NCBI GenBank assembly: GCA_050084515.1
Contig: CM114271.1
Span: 19,964,001-20,028,000, forward strand
Source of the DNA: Blasia pusilla
Lineage: Eukaryota
Length of the DNA stretch: 64,000 nt
Direction of reading: 5' to 3'
Position numbers and translations under genes: made by a program. Below the pieces are notes generated by a model. It saw only the letters and a program-made list of their open reading frames with translations. It did not search any database and was not told where the DNA came from. Of the stretch, positions 26,828 to 40,328 are shown one piece after another; the stretch's first letter is position 1; each line of letters starts with the position of its first letter.

Positions 26828-29800
26828 ATGTCCGCGGCCATGGTGCCTGCGCATGGAGTGTTTCCGGGAGTGGCGAGCACTGCCGCGCGGCCCTTGCTGC
26901 TGCCGTTGTCGGGGCTCACTGCCGAGCGCAGGTTGAAGGCGTTTGGTCCGAGGGTTTTTGTGAGGGAAGGCAGGAGAGGAAGACGCGGAGGGCACCGAAT
27001 TGTGTGCTATGCGACGGAGGGGGAGCTTTCTCAAAAGTCGGAGAAGCCACGAGGCAGCGTGTTTGGAGTGGAGCAGGACCTGCCGATTCCCCATAGCTTG
27101 GTGAAGGATCTGCCTGCGGCCTCGAGATATGTGGCTTGTACGGTTATTGTGGCGGGAGCTCTCGCTGCAGGATACGCCCTGGGACGCTCGAAAGGCACCA
27201 CCACGGCGAGCGTCGGTGGAACTCTGGCCCTTGGTGCTGTAGGGGGAGTCACGGCTTTTGCTGTTAATGCCTCGGCCCCGCATGTTGCAGCCGTGCAGCT
27301 ACATAATGCTCTCGTCAATCACCCCGATCCCAAGTCTCTGAGGAGGGAAGAGGTTGACTCAATTTGTGAAAAGTAAGCCTTTCTTAGTACTATTCTCTCA
27401 TTTACGCACCTGTTGCTCCCAGTTTGAAGGAAGGACTCGAGTAACGTGCTGTTGCCAGCTGCATGTTTCTTCCTCCTTGTGTTTCCTATGTGGCTTGTGG
27501 TGTTTGGAAAGCATTAAGGGTTTATCACGTGTTTTACAGTCGGGAATGAGTCAGCTGCCTAATGTTGAAACCTATGGCCTGTTACTATAATGTGATTTGG
27601 GAAGAATATTTCGATGTGCATGATTCTCCTCATACACGGCAAGCCATAGGCTCTCATGCTTTACCTACTTGTAATCTTTTCCTGCTTAGGTCTACCCGTT
27701 TGTGGTTTGTTTTTTTTTGTTACCATGTTGAAAGCGATTATGTGAATATCACATGAAACCTACGGAAGAGGATTTACAAGCCACTTTCTAGTCAGGAATT
27801 CATCTTCTACTCATTTGTTGTTTGTTTTCTTCGGCACGTACATTTTCTTAATAGCACTTTACAGGTATAATTGAGGGTATCTCGAAAGTTTTAACAGGAG
27901 ACCAGTTATTAGATCGTTAATGTTCCTAGAAACAGCACTAGTTAAGATAAGAAAACATACATTATGAGATACTTTCTAATCAATAAATTGTCAGGAGCTT
28001 TTGCCAAGGTTACACTGATTTTGAGCTATCAAAGGTCCGATTATCAACTAGAAATTCCACCTATCGACTAGGTTTGATCACCTTGATAGTTATGGGGAGT
28101 TTAGATCACTCTTAGTAAGGCATTCTGCACCCTGTCATCCAAGCTCCACTTGAAGCAGAGGATATCTCTATGCTGGCCAGGCTTCTTTAAGTATCACCAT
28201 CACCATGAGCGGGTAGTACACGTCTGTTCTGAATGCTTCTGTCTGGAGAAGCATTTTTGTCTACGTGATTTGACTTGGCCATTAAAAATTACGAACTCCT
28301 TACTGTTCGGTAGGAGTCTTTGGTTCCTCCTTTTGATTTTTTAACTTGTTTTTTAGCTGCCTCAGCAAGGCTTGTCTGTGCATACCATGCTAATGCACGA
28401 AAAGCACAAGATCTCCTGCCATCAGTCTACTGGATTTTATCTTTGGTGTGGAAGGCTATGACAGTAATGTTGGGCTTTTTCTAAGTTTCTGATTTGTCCT
28501 TTCAGAAACAGTGTGGTGGCGGGGAAGCGAGTTTTATTCAGTGTGCGAAGGGTTGATTTCACTTCGTCTTGTGGAACAGAATTTGATTAGCACATATGTT
28601 TGCAAAGTTTTTGTGAGGTCTGATGCCTGGGTGGTGCCTCAATTCCCAGGTTTGGAGTAAGCAGAAGTGATGACCGCTTTATATCCGAGCTACGAGATCT
28701 ATATGACCGGTGGGTATCCTAAACAAAGCACTTGTAGTTTCCTTCAAGAAGAACGGTTGTAAAATCTGTGTTGGAAATCTTGAGGCTGACAATGTACATG
28801 ACATTACAGCTTTGCCTGCATTTCTGATTATGTCCCTTGGCTGTGGCAGATTCATCACAGATATAATCCCCCCTGGCAATGAGGATCTACAGGGAGATGA
28901 GGCGCATGAAATTATTAAGTTCAAAAATGCTTTGGGTCTTGAAGACCCCGAAGCAGCCTCTGTACATATTGAGGTAACATTTTTTTATTCTCTGAAATCA
29001 AAATTCCAGCTATCTTTTTTAAACTCACATGAGCAATATCAGATCTTTATTTTTCAGTGGAAAATTTAATGTTTATTTGCGTGGTAAGGCTGATAGGGTT
29101 TACCTCATGACTTTTCTGTCCTCTTCCTTTGTGGACAGATTGGGAGACGCATTTTTAGGCAGCGGATGGAGACAGGAGATAGAGAACAAGCTGTTGAAGA
29201 GAGAAGAGTAGGTCACTGTTGTCTGTGAAAGCTGTAGTGGACTGAGGCCACTTGCTGTGAAGAATTTGGTGGTGAACAGGATATGCCCAGTCCTATCTAT
29301 TCAGATGAGCTTCTAGTGGTGGAACATTTGCTATTGTTTCTTAAGTCTGAGTTTTTTGGGATTGACTCTTGACTTAGCCTGCAAAGATAAAATCTTGTGA
29401 TTATACTGAGTAATATGGGTGGATTTGACGCTGAGTATTTGTGATCTTGTAATGCAGACGTTTCAAAAGCTGGTATATGTATCCACTCTTGTGTTTGGAG
29501 AGGCATCTAAGTTTCTTTTGCCATGGAAGCGGGTGTTCAAAGTCACAGATTCACAGGTATATTGTCTGAAATTTCAATAATGAAAGGTATCCTATGTATC
29601 ATGCCAGTTTGACAGTACCTGCTCCTAAAAGTTGATACCCACTTTGTGAAGTACAGTTATGGTAGACATTGGTTGAGTAATGAGGCCACAGTGCATTAAA
29701 TTCAAATGGTACATGAAGTTTACTGGGCAAGCTTTTCTAAACTTGTTCTTGCAGGTTGAGGTGGCTATACGGGATAATGCACAACGTCTTTTTCAGGAGA

Positions 29801-32800
29801 AGTTGAAAGCCTTTGGTTCTTGTAGGTTTTTCCTTCAATGGTCCTTCATAACTTATGAAAGAGTTGGTCCTGTATCTTGTGTGGAACTTTGTATATGGCA
29901 TTTGATTAACATATTATAGTGTGTGCAGCTGTGCATGTTTAGATTTCTACCAGCAGGTCCTACACTACTGTCACTTCGTTTCTCACTCTAAACCTTTACA
30001 GTTCATTTATAGATGGAGTCTGAGTCTAGTGGCTACTTTATATTTGCTTCAGATCTTTAGAGTCGATGTGTACTTTAAAGTGTGCTATGTGATGTTTAAA
30101 GTTTGACTATATGGAGTGCCTTCTTTCAGGTGTGGATGTGGAGAGATTTGCTGAGCTAAGAACGGCACAGCTCAAGGTCAAGCTTATTGATGATGTAAGA
30201 ACTCATGTTTCCGCTTACCTTGATGTAGGCACCTTTCATGCCTTCTGGCAATGGTTATGCTATGGTGACATATGTTGTAATTATTATTTTTGTTTTTGCA
30301 CTGGGTTAACATTAAGCTGTAGGTTGCCCTTAGTATCTGTACCCTGAGAATATTATGGATGGCCACGGTTGTCTACATTTTGTGCAAATTTGTGTTTTGA
30401 CACTTGACCGCTATTTCCGTTACAGGTTGCTTATGATCTTTTCAGAGAGCACGCCCGAAAGAACGTAGAGGGCTACATTAGTGAAGCTTTGGAGGTTTTG
30501 AAGTCTCGATCACGGGTCAAGTATGGTTCCAGCTGGCCTTAATGCTAGATTTTGCTTACAGTGGCACTAGGTTTTTGATTTCTTAGGAGCATGTAAGGTT
30601 GTAAATTCATAATGTTAACATGTGACAACCATCTTAATCCCTTTTTATTTGTACTGTTTCTAATACAGGCTTTCTTGAATAGATTGCCAAAGTAACTTCT
30701 CAGTCTTTTTAACATGGGAGGCTTGCTTGCAGGGACACTGGCAAGATTGTGAAGGTCCTTGATGATATGCTTGCATACAATGCGGCACTGACTAAAGTCA
30801 GTTCCCAGAGCGATACATCTCATTTGATTCCAGGCGTAGGACCTGCCTCTATTCTAGGTATGTGAATGCTGCCATGATGATTTTTGTTTTGGTGAGCTCA
30901 TGCAGTATGTGAAGTGGTGTGTTAGATTGGCTAGATGTTTCTAAACCAATGTATTTACAATATGAAAGTGGTAAGGTGGATGTGTTGAAACAAGACTGTG
31001 GATGTGCAGGAGGACAGTTTGAAACAGATAGGCTAATGGATGATCTCAAACAGCTTTACCGGACCTATCTGACAGAGGCCTTCAAGGATGGTACCTTAGC
31101 ACCAGAAAAGGTTAGTATTGCTATAGATTTTACTGGGTTCTTTGGAGTGGACACACCTTGTGCAATTGCTGCTAAATTTAAAAACTGGCTCACTTGCCAT
31201 GTTTTCTTATTGGATACCTTGATGCACACAATTTCTTGGAAGTGGACTTTTTTGGGTTTGCTTTGTCGAGTCTACTCTCTTGGCTAATGTGTAGATCCTA
31301 TGTCTCCAGCTCTCATGTGTTTCAGCTATTCTGATCAACTTCCGAAGTCCTGCAGGTTGAAGCTCTGGGACATTTAAAGAATGTGTTTGGAATGGGTAAT
31401 CGTCAATCAGAGGAAATATTGATGGAGGTGACCATAAAGGTATACCGACGCAAGCTTGCACAAGCAGTGAGCGGTGGTGAGTTGGATGCAGCGACAAGCA
31501 AGGCAGCCTTCCTTCAAAAGCTTTGTAATGAGCTGCAATTTGATCCTAGGAAAGCTGGTGAAGTTCATGAAGGTATGTCTCATAATGCAAGTCCTCTCAC
31601 AAAAGTGTGAGCGGTTTATGTTTCCTTTAATAGTTGACTCAGTGTTGAGCTTGTGTTCAAGATTTGATTTTCTTTACACTTTTCTCCTCTAAGTTTGTCA
31701 CCCGAGGTTCATATCAAACAGTTAACATGTAATAGTTGGATATTCAAAGATTAGTGTTGAATTCTGACATGAAGTTTGTGTTTGATCAGAAATATACAGG
31801 CAAAAGTTGGAACAGTGTGTGGCAGATGGATCTCTAAGTGATGCAGATGTTGCAGCGCTTCTACGTCTGCGTGTGCTCTTATGCATTCAACAGGAGACAG
31901 TAGATGCTGCACATGAAAGCATATGTGGACGCATATTTGCTAAGGTCCCTTGCTTTATTACCAGAGTGTACTCATTACGTTGTGCCTGTTGGAGTCTTGT
32001 GACTGTAGAACCTGTTCCCTGGTTGGATGGTGGTGCTAGAGACTGGGATGGGTATAGAGAGAGGAAGAAGTGAATAAGGTACTATATGAGAGGAGGGAGA
32101 CACTCTCATCTTGTGCGAGTGCTGACCATACAAAGTGTTTGTGCGAAGTGTCCAAGTGTCAACCAGGAAGCTCCTTCATTATCTACTTTACTCTATTGGG
32201 ATCCCGAATACACATTACTTACCAGTGCAGTGAACCTAGGCTGCTGAATGTGTAGATCAGTTTAGCTGAGAGTTTTGGGGTTTGGGATAGCCAAAAGTGA
32301 ATTCAACAGTGTATTGGTTAAAGTTTCTATTGAGTTTCTGTTAGTGGATAGGGGCATCAAGGCATTGCCCTGTGACCATGTCTGATTTCATCTATGGTGA
32401 TTGCATATTGTCCTTCTGTTGACCAACTTGATGGCTGTGCAGATAGTAGATGACGCCATAGGAGCAGGTGTGGATGGTTATGATGCAGACATGAAGGCTG
32501 CTGTGCAAAATGGAGTCACTGGTTTACGCCTCACGCAAGAGTCTGCTATGGCCATTGCCAGCAAAGCGGTACTGTGACTGTTAACTCATGCATGCTAACT
32601 TTTCTTCCTTTCTGAAGTATCAAACAAATACAAATGTTGCTTCAGGTCGGCTGCATGGGATATCGTCTCACAGGGATTTGGTAGTTATTTATGATCAATA
32701 ACACTCTGCTTGATGTGTGTTCCAGAAATGGAAACACAGGTCAAGAGGTTTGTAATTAGATCTTGCTAATAGTGGTTATTGCTTCTTTTTGGTCCAGATT

Positions 32801-34188
32801 CGTGCCGTGTTTAAAACCTACGTGAAGCGGTCAAAGACAGCTGGAAACCGTGTGGAGCAAGCAAGGGAGCTGAAGAAAATGGTAATTTTCAGCAACCTTG
32901 TTGTCACTGAATTGTTGGCAGATATCAAAGGAGATGTCCCAGCTGCAGTGGAGGAGGCACCGAAGGAAGAACCAGCACCTAAACCAGAGGAAGATTTGGA
33001 GGATGAATTGGAGATGCTTCAAACACTAAGGAAGACCAGACCAGGTGCAGACCTAGAGGCAAGGATGGGTAGCAAGTCTCAAAGTGATATCACTTTGAAG
33101 GATGACTTAGAACTAAGGGAAAGAACTGATCTATATCGCACATATTTGCTCTACTGTCTATCGGGAGAGTCAACAGGTATGCCCATGGGTACGCAGATTA
33201 TCACACAACGAGACAGCAGCGAATTTGTCAGACTTGGCCAGCTAGGAACCATACTGGGGCTTTCTTCGATGGAAGTGGCAGAAGTGCACAAAGGTCTGGC
33301 AGAGCAAGCCTTTAAGCAACAAGCACAGGTTATTTTAGCTGATGGTCAACTATCTAAGGCACGGATGGAGCAGCTCACAGAATTGCAGAAACAACTAGGA
33401 TTGCCTGCAGAGTCTGCACAGAAGGTTATCAAAGCCATTACAAGCACTCGAATGGCAGGGGCCATTGAATCTGCTGTCAATCAAGGTAGACTGACAGTGG
33501 AGGAAGTAAAGGAGCTTAAAGAAGCGGGAGTTGATGTGGACAACATGATTTCAAAGGATGTTCGGGAGAAGCTATTTAAGAAGATTGTGGATGGTGTGTT
33601 TTCTGCCGGTACTGGAGATTTCACAGAATCAGATATTTACGAGAAATTCCCGGCAGAATTAAACTTGGATACAGAGCGTGCGAAAAAAATTGTACAAACT
33701 TTAGCGAGGGAACGCCTTTCAAATTCCCTAATTCAGGCAGTGTCATTGCTTCGACAGAAAAACCCATCTGGCGCGGTAAGTTTTGTGTCCTTAAAAATTG
33801 GATGTGTAGATTTTGACGATGTGGCAAGAATTTCAGCGCGCCTTATGAAGACTGTTGTGGTCATTGCGAATGTGGTTTGTGTAGTTATACAGGTTTAGGG
33901 AGAAGATGACATGAGCTTATTCATGGATTTCGTGTGCAGGTTGCATCATTAAACAACCTTCTGGCATGTGACAAGGCTGTACCATCAGAACCTTTGGCTT
34001 GGTCTGTCCGTGAAGAACTCCTTGATCTGTTTTGTCTGTATGTAAGAGGTACTCCAGCCCAGGAGAAAATGACACGCCTTCAAGAACTTCTTGGCATTGA
34101 TGATGTGACTGCCCAAAAGCTACAGGAGGAGGTTAATTCAGGTGGTTTTTCATCATTTGGTGTAGAGGAGGAGGAGTTTGCCTTCTGA
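26828..34188 (+). CDS. TIC110: Chloroplast inner-envelope translocon component TIC110 (15 exons, ~1024 aa)
   Basis: GT-AG exons 26828-27372, 28650-28709, 28850-28973, 29139-29207, 29458-29556, 29755-29821, 30130-30194, 30426-30520, 30733-30857, 31010-31110, 31356-31572, 31790-31944, 32443-32568, 32798-33775, 33940-34188 join in frame (3075 nt). Transit-peptide-like N-terminus and two TM helices. Motifs FQKLVYVSTLVFGEASKFLLPWKRVFKVTDSQVEVAIRDNA and LAEQAFKQQAQVILADGQL; C-terminus EEEEFAF. Confidence 0.96.
31970..32255 (+). repeat. Short dispersed repeat in TIC110 intron 12
   Basis: 31982-32170 matches 42374-42560. 32195-32253 matches 53946-54015. The start motif recurs at ~35541-35569. Confidence 0.8.
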
Positions 34189-37036
34189 GGATTTTGCCGT
34201 TAAGTATCTTAGAGTAGAGAGCATTCTTTCAAATAATATGTCACATCGATTTTGGCCTTCATATGTGGTTTGGTAGATGGTTGAAATTCATCTACAGCTT
34301 TAGGAATTGCACATTCTGTTATGGAGATGGTCTTTTTGATCAACAGTAACTAGTTAAAAGCTCTATATCACTGGAGGTTCATAGAATGCAATAGAGTTTT
34401 CTTGTGAACCTGCCATTTTCTACAGCATGAGAATGGAGTCCTTAGAAGGCCACAGGTGTAAAAGAGATTGAAGCTGAGGAGGCTTGTGTTGTAAAATTTA
34501 TGGAGGAAACGTCATGAGCGGGAGCTGAGAGTTGCCTGGACCATTCTGACTGTAGTCACATGTCAGGTAGCTCTGACAATGGATGCGTATGGTCCATATA
34601 TGCAGTAAAGAGTTCAGGTTCAGGTTCAGAATTCAATTACCGTTTGAAATTCCCATGATTTGGTTGATGAGCTAGAACACATCAGTCATCCACTGGATGG
34701 CACCCAGCAACTTGTTCAGGTTGTGAGGATGAAAACTCGTACATGGTGGGTCTTATTCTCCCAGCACTGAACCAGTGCTGCCAGGGTGGCCAAATCTCCT
34801 GCCTTCTGTTAATTTGGTGGACGAGATATTGAAGATATCATGGAGATTGATAGGCGAAGCTACTCACGTCAACCTCTAGAATGTTGAGTTATTAGTTGAA
34901 TCAGAAGGAGAGGTCCATGGATATGAATTTAGGATGAGTGATCGTCGGTCATATTTGACTTGTACTCAAATTTCCAACTGAAATGATGAAAGTAGATGGA
35001 GTTGGCAAGTAGAGTAAACTTTTGTCTCTATTACTCGCCAAGTATTTAGTGAGTGGGCTTGTGGCGACGGAGTAATTTGTGTATAGTAATGTATGACTGA
35101 CGCAAAGTATTAGCATTGAGTTATTGTCTCGGACTCTTTGAAGGATAGAAGAATGTGTCATTGGGATGGTCGAGCATGTGTCCAAGCGAAAGAAATAAAA
35201 AGTACGACTTGAATTTAAAGGACCGGTAAGTGACATGAACGTTGTGAACTTGAGTGGCCAGGGTTGGAATTGATGACAAAGAAGTAGGTTTGCAGTTCTG
35301 AGTATTTTAATTGAAAACAGGCAAGAGGAGCACTCAGGTGTGACTCCGAAATCTAAGTAGATTCAAGGTTTGTGTGATGTTCACATGAAACGAGTCCTAT
35401 TTGACAGGTAATCATTGCCTACTTTATTGGAGTTTTCCCTCGTGAGAATAAAGTGAAGATCTCTTGCTTCTTACCGTTCTTTAGCAAGAGTTGTAGACTT
35501 CTCAAGTCGTGATGACATTACTAGTTTAGGTGGGGATTGTACTCATGATGTGCCTGTAGTAGCCTTGCGTTATCAAGTTAAGTTGTGATGACGCTATTAC
35601 GAGGATGACATTCATAAGCTTTTTTCTTTTCTGGGATATGGATTTGTTCAGATGCTTAGTAAAAACAACGTTTTTGATCCCCATGAGGCCAGTTTGCACG
35701 AAGTTTAGAGACCATGTGGAGAGTGCATGCTCCTAGGCTCCACATGTGATGTATCATGAGATCACTTGTCCTCATGGATGACATAAAGATCAATAATGAT
35801 CTAACATGTGTCTCATCAAACATGCTCAAGATAGACTCATATTACACCTTCAAATATTGGGTTACATGAAGTTGACCTTGGCTCTTTTCTTGAAGATGTA
35901 ACCTAGGATCATAAATACTAAGGACTATGTATACAACAAATTTGTCAAATTTGTCTATTCTCCCTTCCAACATGCATCATATCTCAAGGGGTTAATTAAA
36001 CAAAGTGTGGGCAGTGAACAAGAGAGTGGGTTCTCTCAAATACTACATTTGGTGTATTTTCTGATCATCCCATTAATCGTCACTGATTGCTGACCCTCTA
36101 CAAGAAGTATTCTAATTGGGGGAAGAGGCCAAAAATTGACAGTTTTGAGGTTGTATAGGAGTGCCATTACACCACTACCTCTGAATGAGATTGCCTTCCC
36201 ACTCAAATTTCTCACTCAAACTTTGTCGAATGTTGGAGGGAGATATCCCCAAGCAATATTAACTACTTCCTTGTACCCAAAAGTGGCAACATTGACTAAG
36301 AGGGCCAAATTTGTTGAGGCTGATTTATCAACGGTATGAAAATATACATCATGAGGAAATTTTTAGATGTATATGGATGTACTTGTGTGTTGGGAAGATC
36401 AGTGAAGTTTTGTTGTGTAGATGTGACCAATGTGATGTGCAGTGTGTAGCGACTTGTATGAGTGTGATAATTAGAATATTGAGTTTGATGCAATTCTTCT
36501 CCAAAGTCTTACATGCATGAGTTTTTATCGGAGATCACTTTTAAGTAGTGAAGGAAATAAAGAAATGATCTTGAAACATTTTAGCGTCACACTTATTATG
36601 TTTGCCCACATCTGCATACAAACGTCATAAAACAGAAAGTAGTTTGTCATGGTTCTAAATTGTCTCCTTGACTTTATCTACATTGCATTTGTGATATCTT
36701 ATACTACATGAATTGATGGTTATGAATTATACATGAAAGTGGTAATGATAATAAGCAAATTGCAAGAAGTGAGAGTTGAAGATGAATGAGAAAATATACA
36801 TGTTAGTTAAGCAAAAATCTGAAAATATAATTAGTAATTATTTCATAACTTGAAATCTAATTATGTGACGTAAAAACTTTGCTCACATAGCAATCCTTTT
36901 GTAATAGCTTAGTGTAAGACACATACACTAGCAAGGACTCGATACTCAGCTCATAATTATGGATCAAAGCACAATGAGACTTTAAAGTCACTATCAAGAA
37001 GGAACCTAGATTTAACTAGTCACAAGACTAGGAAAG

Positions 37037-37087
37037 GGCAAGAACCATAAGGTTGTGAGGTGGTGGTTAAACCTTATGGTTCTTGCC
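37037..37087. repeat. Perfect 18-bp inverted repeat, 15-nt loop
   Basis: ggcaagaaccataaggtt (37037-37054) / aaccttatggttcttgcc (37070-37087). Confidence 0.9.
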
Positions 37088-37209
37088 AGATCCAACTGAG
37101 AGATCTGTGGAGACCAATGTTATGGTTGAGGGTTGCAACTAGTCGATTGAGGATCGGGTAACATACGAGCAAGGGACATTAGACAAACCTAGAAGTATTT
37201 ATTAGAGGG

Positions 37210-37211
<2 letters not shown>

Positions 37212-37249
<38 letters not shown>
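37212..37249. repeat. (CT)19 microsatellite
   Basis: Direct reading. Confidence 0.95.
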
Positions 37250-37252
<3 letters not shown>

Positions 37253-38558
37253 ATTTGAAGTGATCACATTTTCATGTTTGGATTGTTTCAAGTATATGAT
37301 AGAAGATTGTTTAGGGAGAATTTAGGGGGATTTTCTAATTTGGGTCGACAAGGATGGATGATCTAGGAAGATAAGCCAAACTTTAGGAGAAGGATTTACT
37401 GAAGGAATCAAGTTAGGCAACAAGAGAGTGCTACATTATTGAACGTTGTTGTCCAACTTTATCCACTTAACCTCGTAAGATGTCCAAATCCTTATACGTT
37501 GAAGACCACCCCAAATCTTTCAATCATAAGGCTTAGGTAGAAGTCCCTATACTTATCAATGAAGAGAATAGGGATGATAACTCCATGATGCAATTAGGTA
37601 AGATCCAATAAAATTGGTTTGTAGCAAAACTTGGTTAGATTTTTAAGACTCTAAGTAAAACATTTCTATGTTTGTTGCTAGAAAAGTTAGTTAAGGTCAA
37701 TTCTTGTGGACAAGTTCAATGGAATAAATGAGGGGAACTCATGGAAAAAATAGATGTATGATTGTGTTTAACAAAAGAAGGTAAGAGTTCAATTTACAAT
37801 AAGTATGGGGTTGATGCTTATTAGAGGCAACCCTTTCAAACTTATGACGTAGAAACTTATGAGGTGACATGATATGATGGACATAAATATGAAGAAAATT
37901 TGTTGAAGAGGAAATGTAAAATATGAAGAGAGAACATAACAATTATAAATTTGCAAGATTTTGGATGAATTTAATCTCATTACACATGAATGAAGGAGTT
38001 CTAATATTCACAATAGTAATGAATGGATTAAATTTATAAATGGAAGTGATATAATGCATAAGCATATATCGAGAAAGCATATATAATCTTGCTTAGCTAA
38101 GAAAATAGAACAAAAATCCCAATAATGAGAACGCTTTTATAATAGGATCTTACCCATATACAAAAATTACAATGTAGTTCTTATATATAGCAAAGAAAAC
38201 GATATGAAATTTTCTTCACACATGAAGAGAAGAAGATTTAAGGGTATTAAATAAGATCTTGGGCGTAGAGAAAAGTAAAAAATTTCATTTCTACAAATAT
38301 ACTCAAACCCATATAATCCCCTATGTAACTTTGTGGAAGGTGAACCAATGAGGAGGTACATGAGGTTGAGAGATATACCCTTGATCGATAGTGTTTATTG
38401 CCTCTACGCAATAAATGTTACGTGCACTTGAAGGTTGAAGGGGGATTGGAGGATTTCAGTTAATGAATTGAATCAAGATCATTTCTAAAACATAATGGAA
38501 GGTATGGAAAGATGGCTAGTTGAGACTGTACGAGTCGAGGCGATATGAAATGAAGCCC

Positions 38559-38637
38559 GCGGAGGAGGAATCGCATAATGGTTTCCATAAATTTTAGCGG
38601 AGGAGGAATCGCATAATGGTTTCCATAAATTTTAGCG
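38559..38637. repeat. Perfect 38-bp tandem duplication upstream of LFY
   Basis: gcggaggaggaatcgcataatggtttccataaatttta x2. Confidence 0.92.
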
Positions 38638-39074
38638 AGAACCAATCCTAAACTGAAATTTCTGCACTTCCCAAGAGAAAAAAAGGATATTTGGAAGAAC
38701 AAGAAATGAAGTCGGGTTTAGGACTTTCCCCCTCCCTTAGATATAACCCTCGGGTATGGGGAAAAAAGTGTAATAATAAATAGAAAATAGGATGGGAAAC
38801 CCATCGGGATGCAAATAAGAAGCATAGAGAGAAAAAAATAAAATTGCTTGCAACATGCTATAACAATTATAAAAGTAGGTGGCAGTTTTTGATTGATCCA
38901 TATTTGGATAACTTCTATTATTAGTGATTGGTAGTACCAATCTGGGCGGTACAATAGGATCCATTTAGAATTATTCGGGACAATTAAAGACAGTTTTAAT
39001 TATCCCGCGTAAAAAATATATAACCTTATTGTTGACTCGGACTAGGCCTGTCCTAGGGGTAGATGTTTCGGGGA

Positions 39075-39560
39075 ATAAACACGTGTCCGACATGTAAGTG
39101 GTCCAAACCCAACCCAAACCAGGATACCGTGGAGGAGTTGGCAAGGTCGGACCCGTGATGATCACGGGTGCACGTGGCGTCTTCGGTTGGATCGCCACGG
39201 CATCTGCAACGGGACGCGCAGACGCGCGGGAACTGCCCTCTCTCCCCCGCCCACCTCTTCCGTCTCTTCCCCAGACGGGATCTCCCGTCGCCGCCGCTTT
39301 CGCTCCCGTACTCCTCCCTCTCTTTCCTGCCCCACTGCCCTTCCTCCCTCCCTCCCTCCCTGCCCGCCTGGCCTCTCCTGCGCTGCCCTGCCCGCCTGCC
39401 TCCGGTCACGCTCCCTCTCTCTCGCTCTCTATCTATAGAGCGCAAAAACAAATCACCGGCGGGTTTCCCGATTTTGCAAGTACGAAGAAGACGAAGCACT
39501 CACTACAGGAGCTGCAGGCGCACGGAGGAGGAGAGAGAGAGAGAGAAAGAGAGCACTCTT
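39075..39560 (+). promoter_or_regulatory. Probable LFY core promoter region (GC/CpG-rich, pyrimidine patch, G-box/ABRE motifs)
   Basis: Abrupt AT-to-GC transition. acacgtgtc (~39079) and gcacgtggc (~39170). CT-rich tract 39300-39432 and GA repeat 39529-39552. TSS not determinable from sequence. Confidence 0.5.
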
Positions 39561-40193
39561 CTCGCCAAACATCACAGTTTTGTTATCTGTCATAATCTTT
39601 GTCTGCGTTCGTTGTCATTGTTGAAGCCGTTGTCCGTTCGCTGCGCATTTCGGGACTCGGCAGTACCGCAGAGCGATTTCTTTTCAGCACTCTCTCTCTC
39701 TCTCGCTCCCTCGCCAGCCCGCTAGCGTGAGGACGCCGTTCGTGGTAGGCGCTCGCTGTCCGACGCCGACGCACGTTCTTCAGTGCGCGGAGAAGAGCTC
39801 GAGCAATTGAAGGTACCGCAGAATTCCGGTCAAAGAAGAGCATAGCGAGTCTGTGACAGGTGCAAGAAGAACGACGAACGAACTGGCGAAGGGGAGAGGA
39901 ACGGGAAAACCCTAATTCGGTGACAGGAAGGAGGGGAGAGTGTGCTCTACGGTGTGGGGAAGGGTTTTGGGAGCTTGATGGGAAGGACGGGTGGAGCACG
40001 GCGGAGCAATTGAGGAGGGAAGGCAGGAGGGCGAGGAAATTTTGCAGCGTGAGGTTTTCTTTAGGGTTTTGGAGAGAGGTGTTGCGGTGGGGTTTTGGTT
40101 CTGGCGTGAGAAGTGTCGTGAGGAGGAGAGGAGGAGCAGAATTGTTTTGCATGTTGAGAATCAGGGAGGCTGGATTTCTTCTGGGACTCGCGG

Positions 40194-40328
40194 ATGGATC
40201 CGAGACTGGATCATTCGAGGATGGACCCGAGGATGGATCCACGGATGGATCCGCGGATGGAGGCGAGGATGGACCCGCGGATGGATGCGAGAATGGACCC
40301 GCGAATAGATACGAGAATGGACACGAGG
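40194..40328 (+). repeat. 12-bp coding tandem repeat encoding (MDPR)-like units
   Basis: [45 protein letters not shown]. Confidence 0.92.

Noticed and set aside
39991-40308. Alternative-frame ORF rich in GW repeats (AGO-hook-like)
   Set aside because: Expected by-product of the ggatgg in the MDPR repeat read in another frame. No ATG start.
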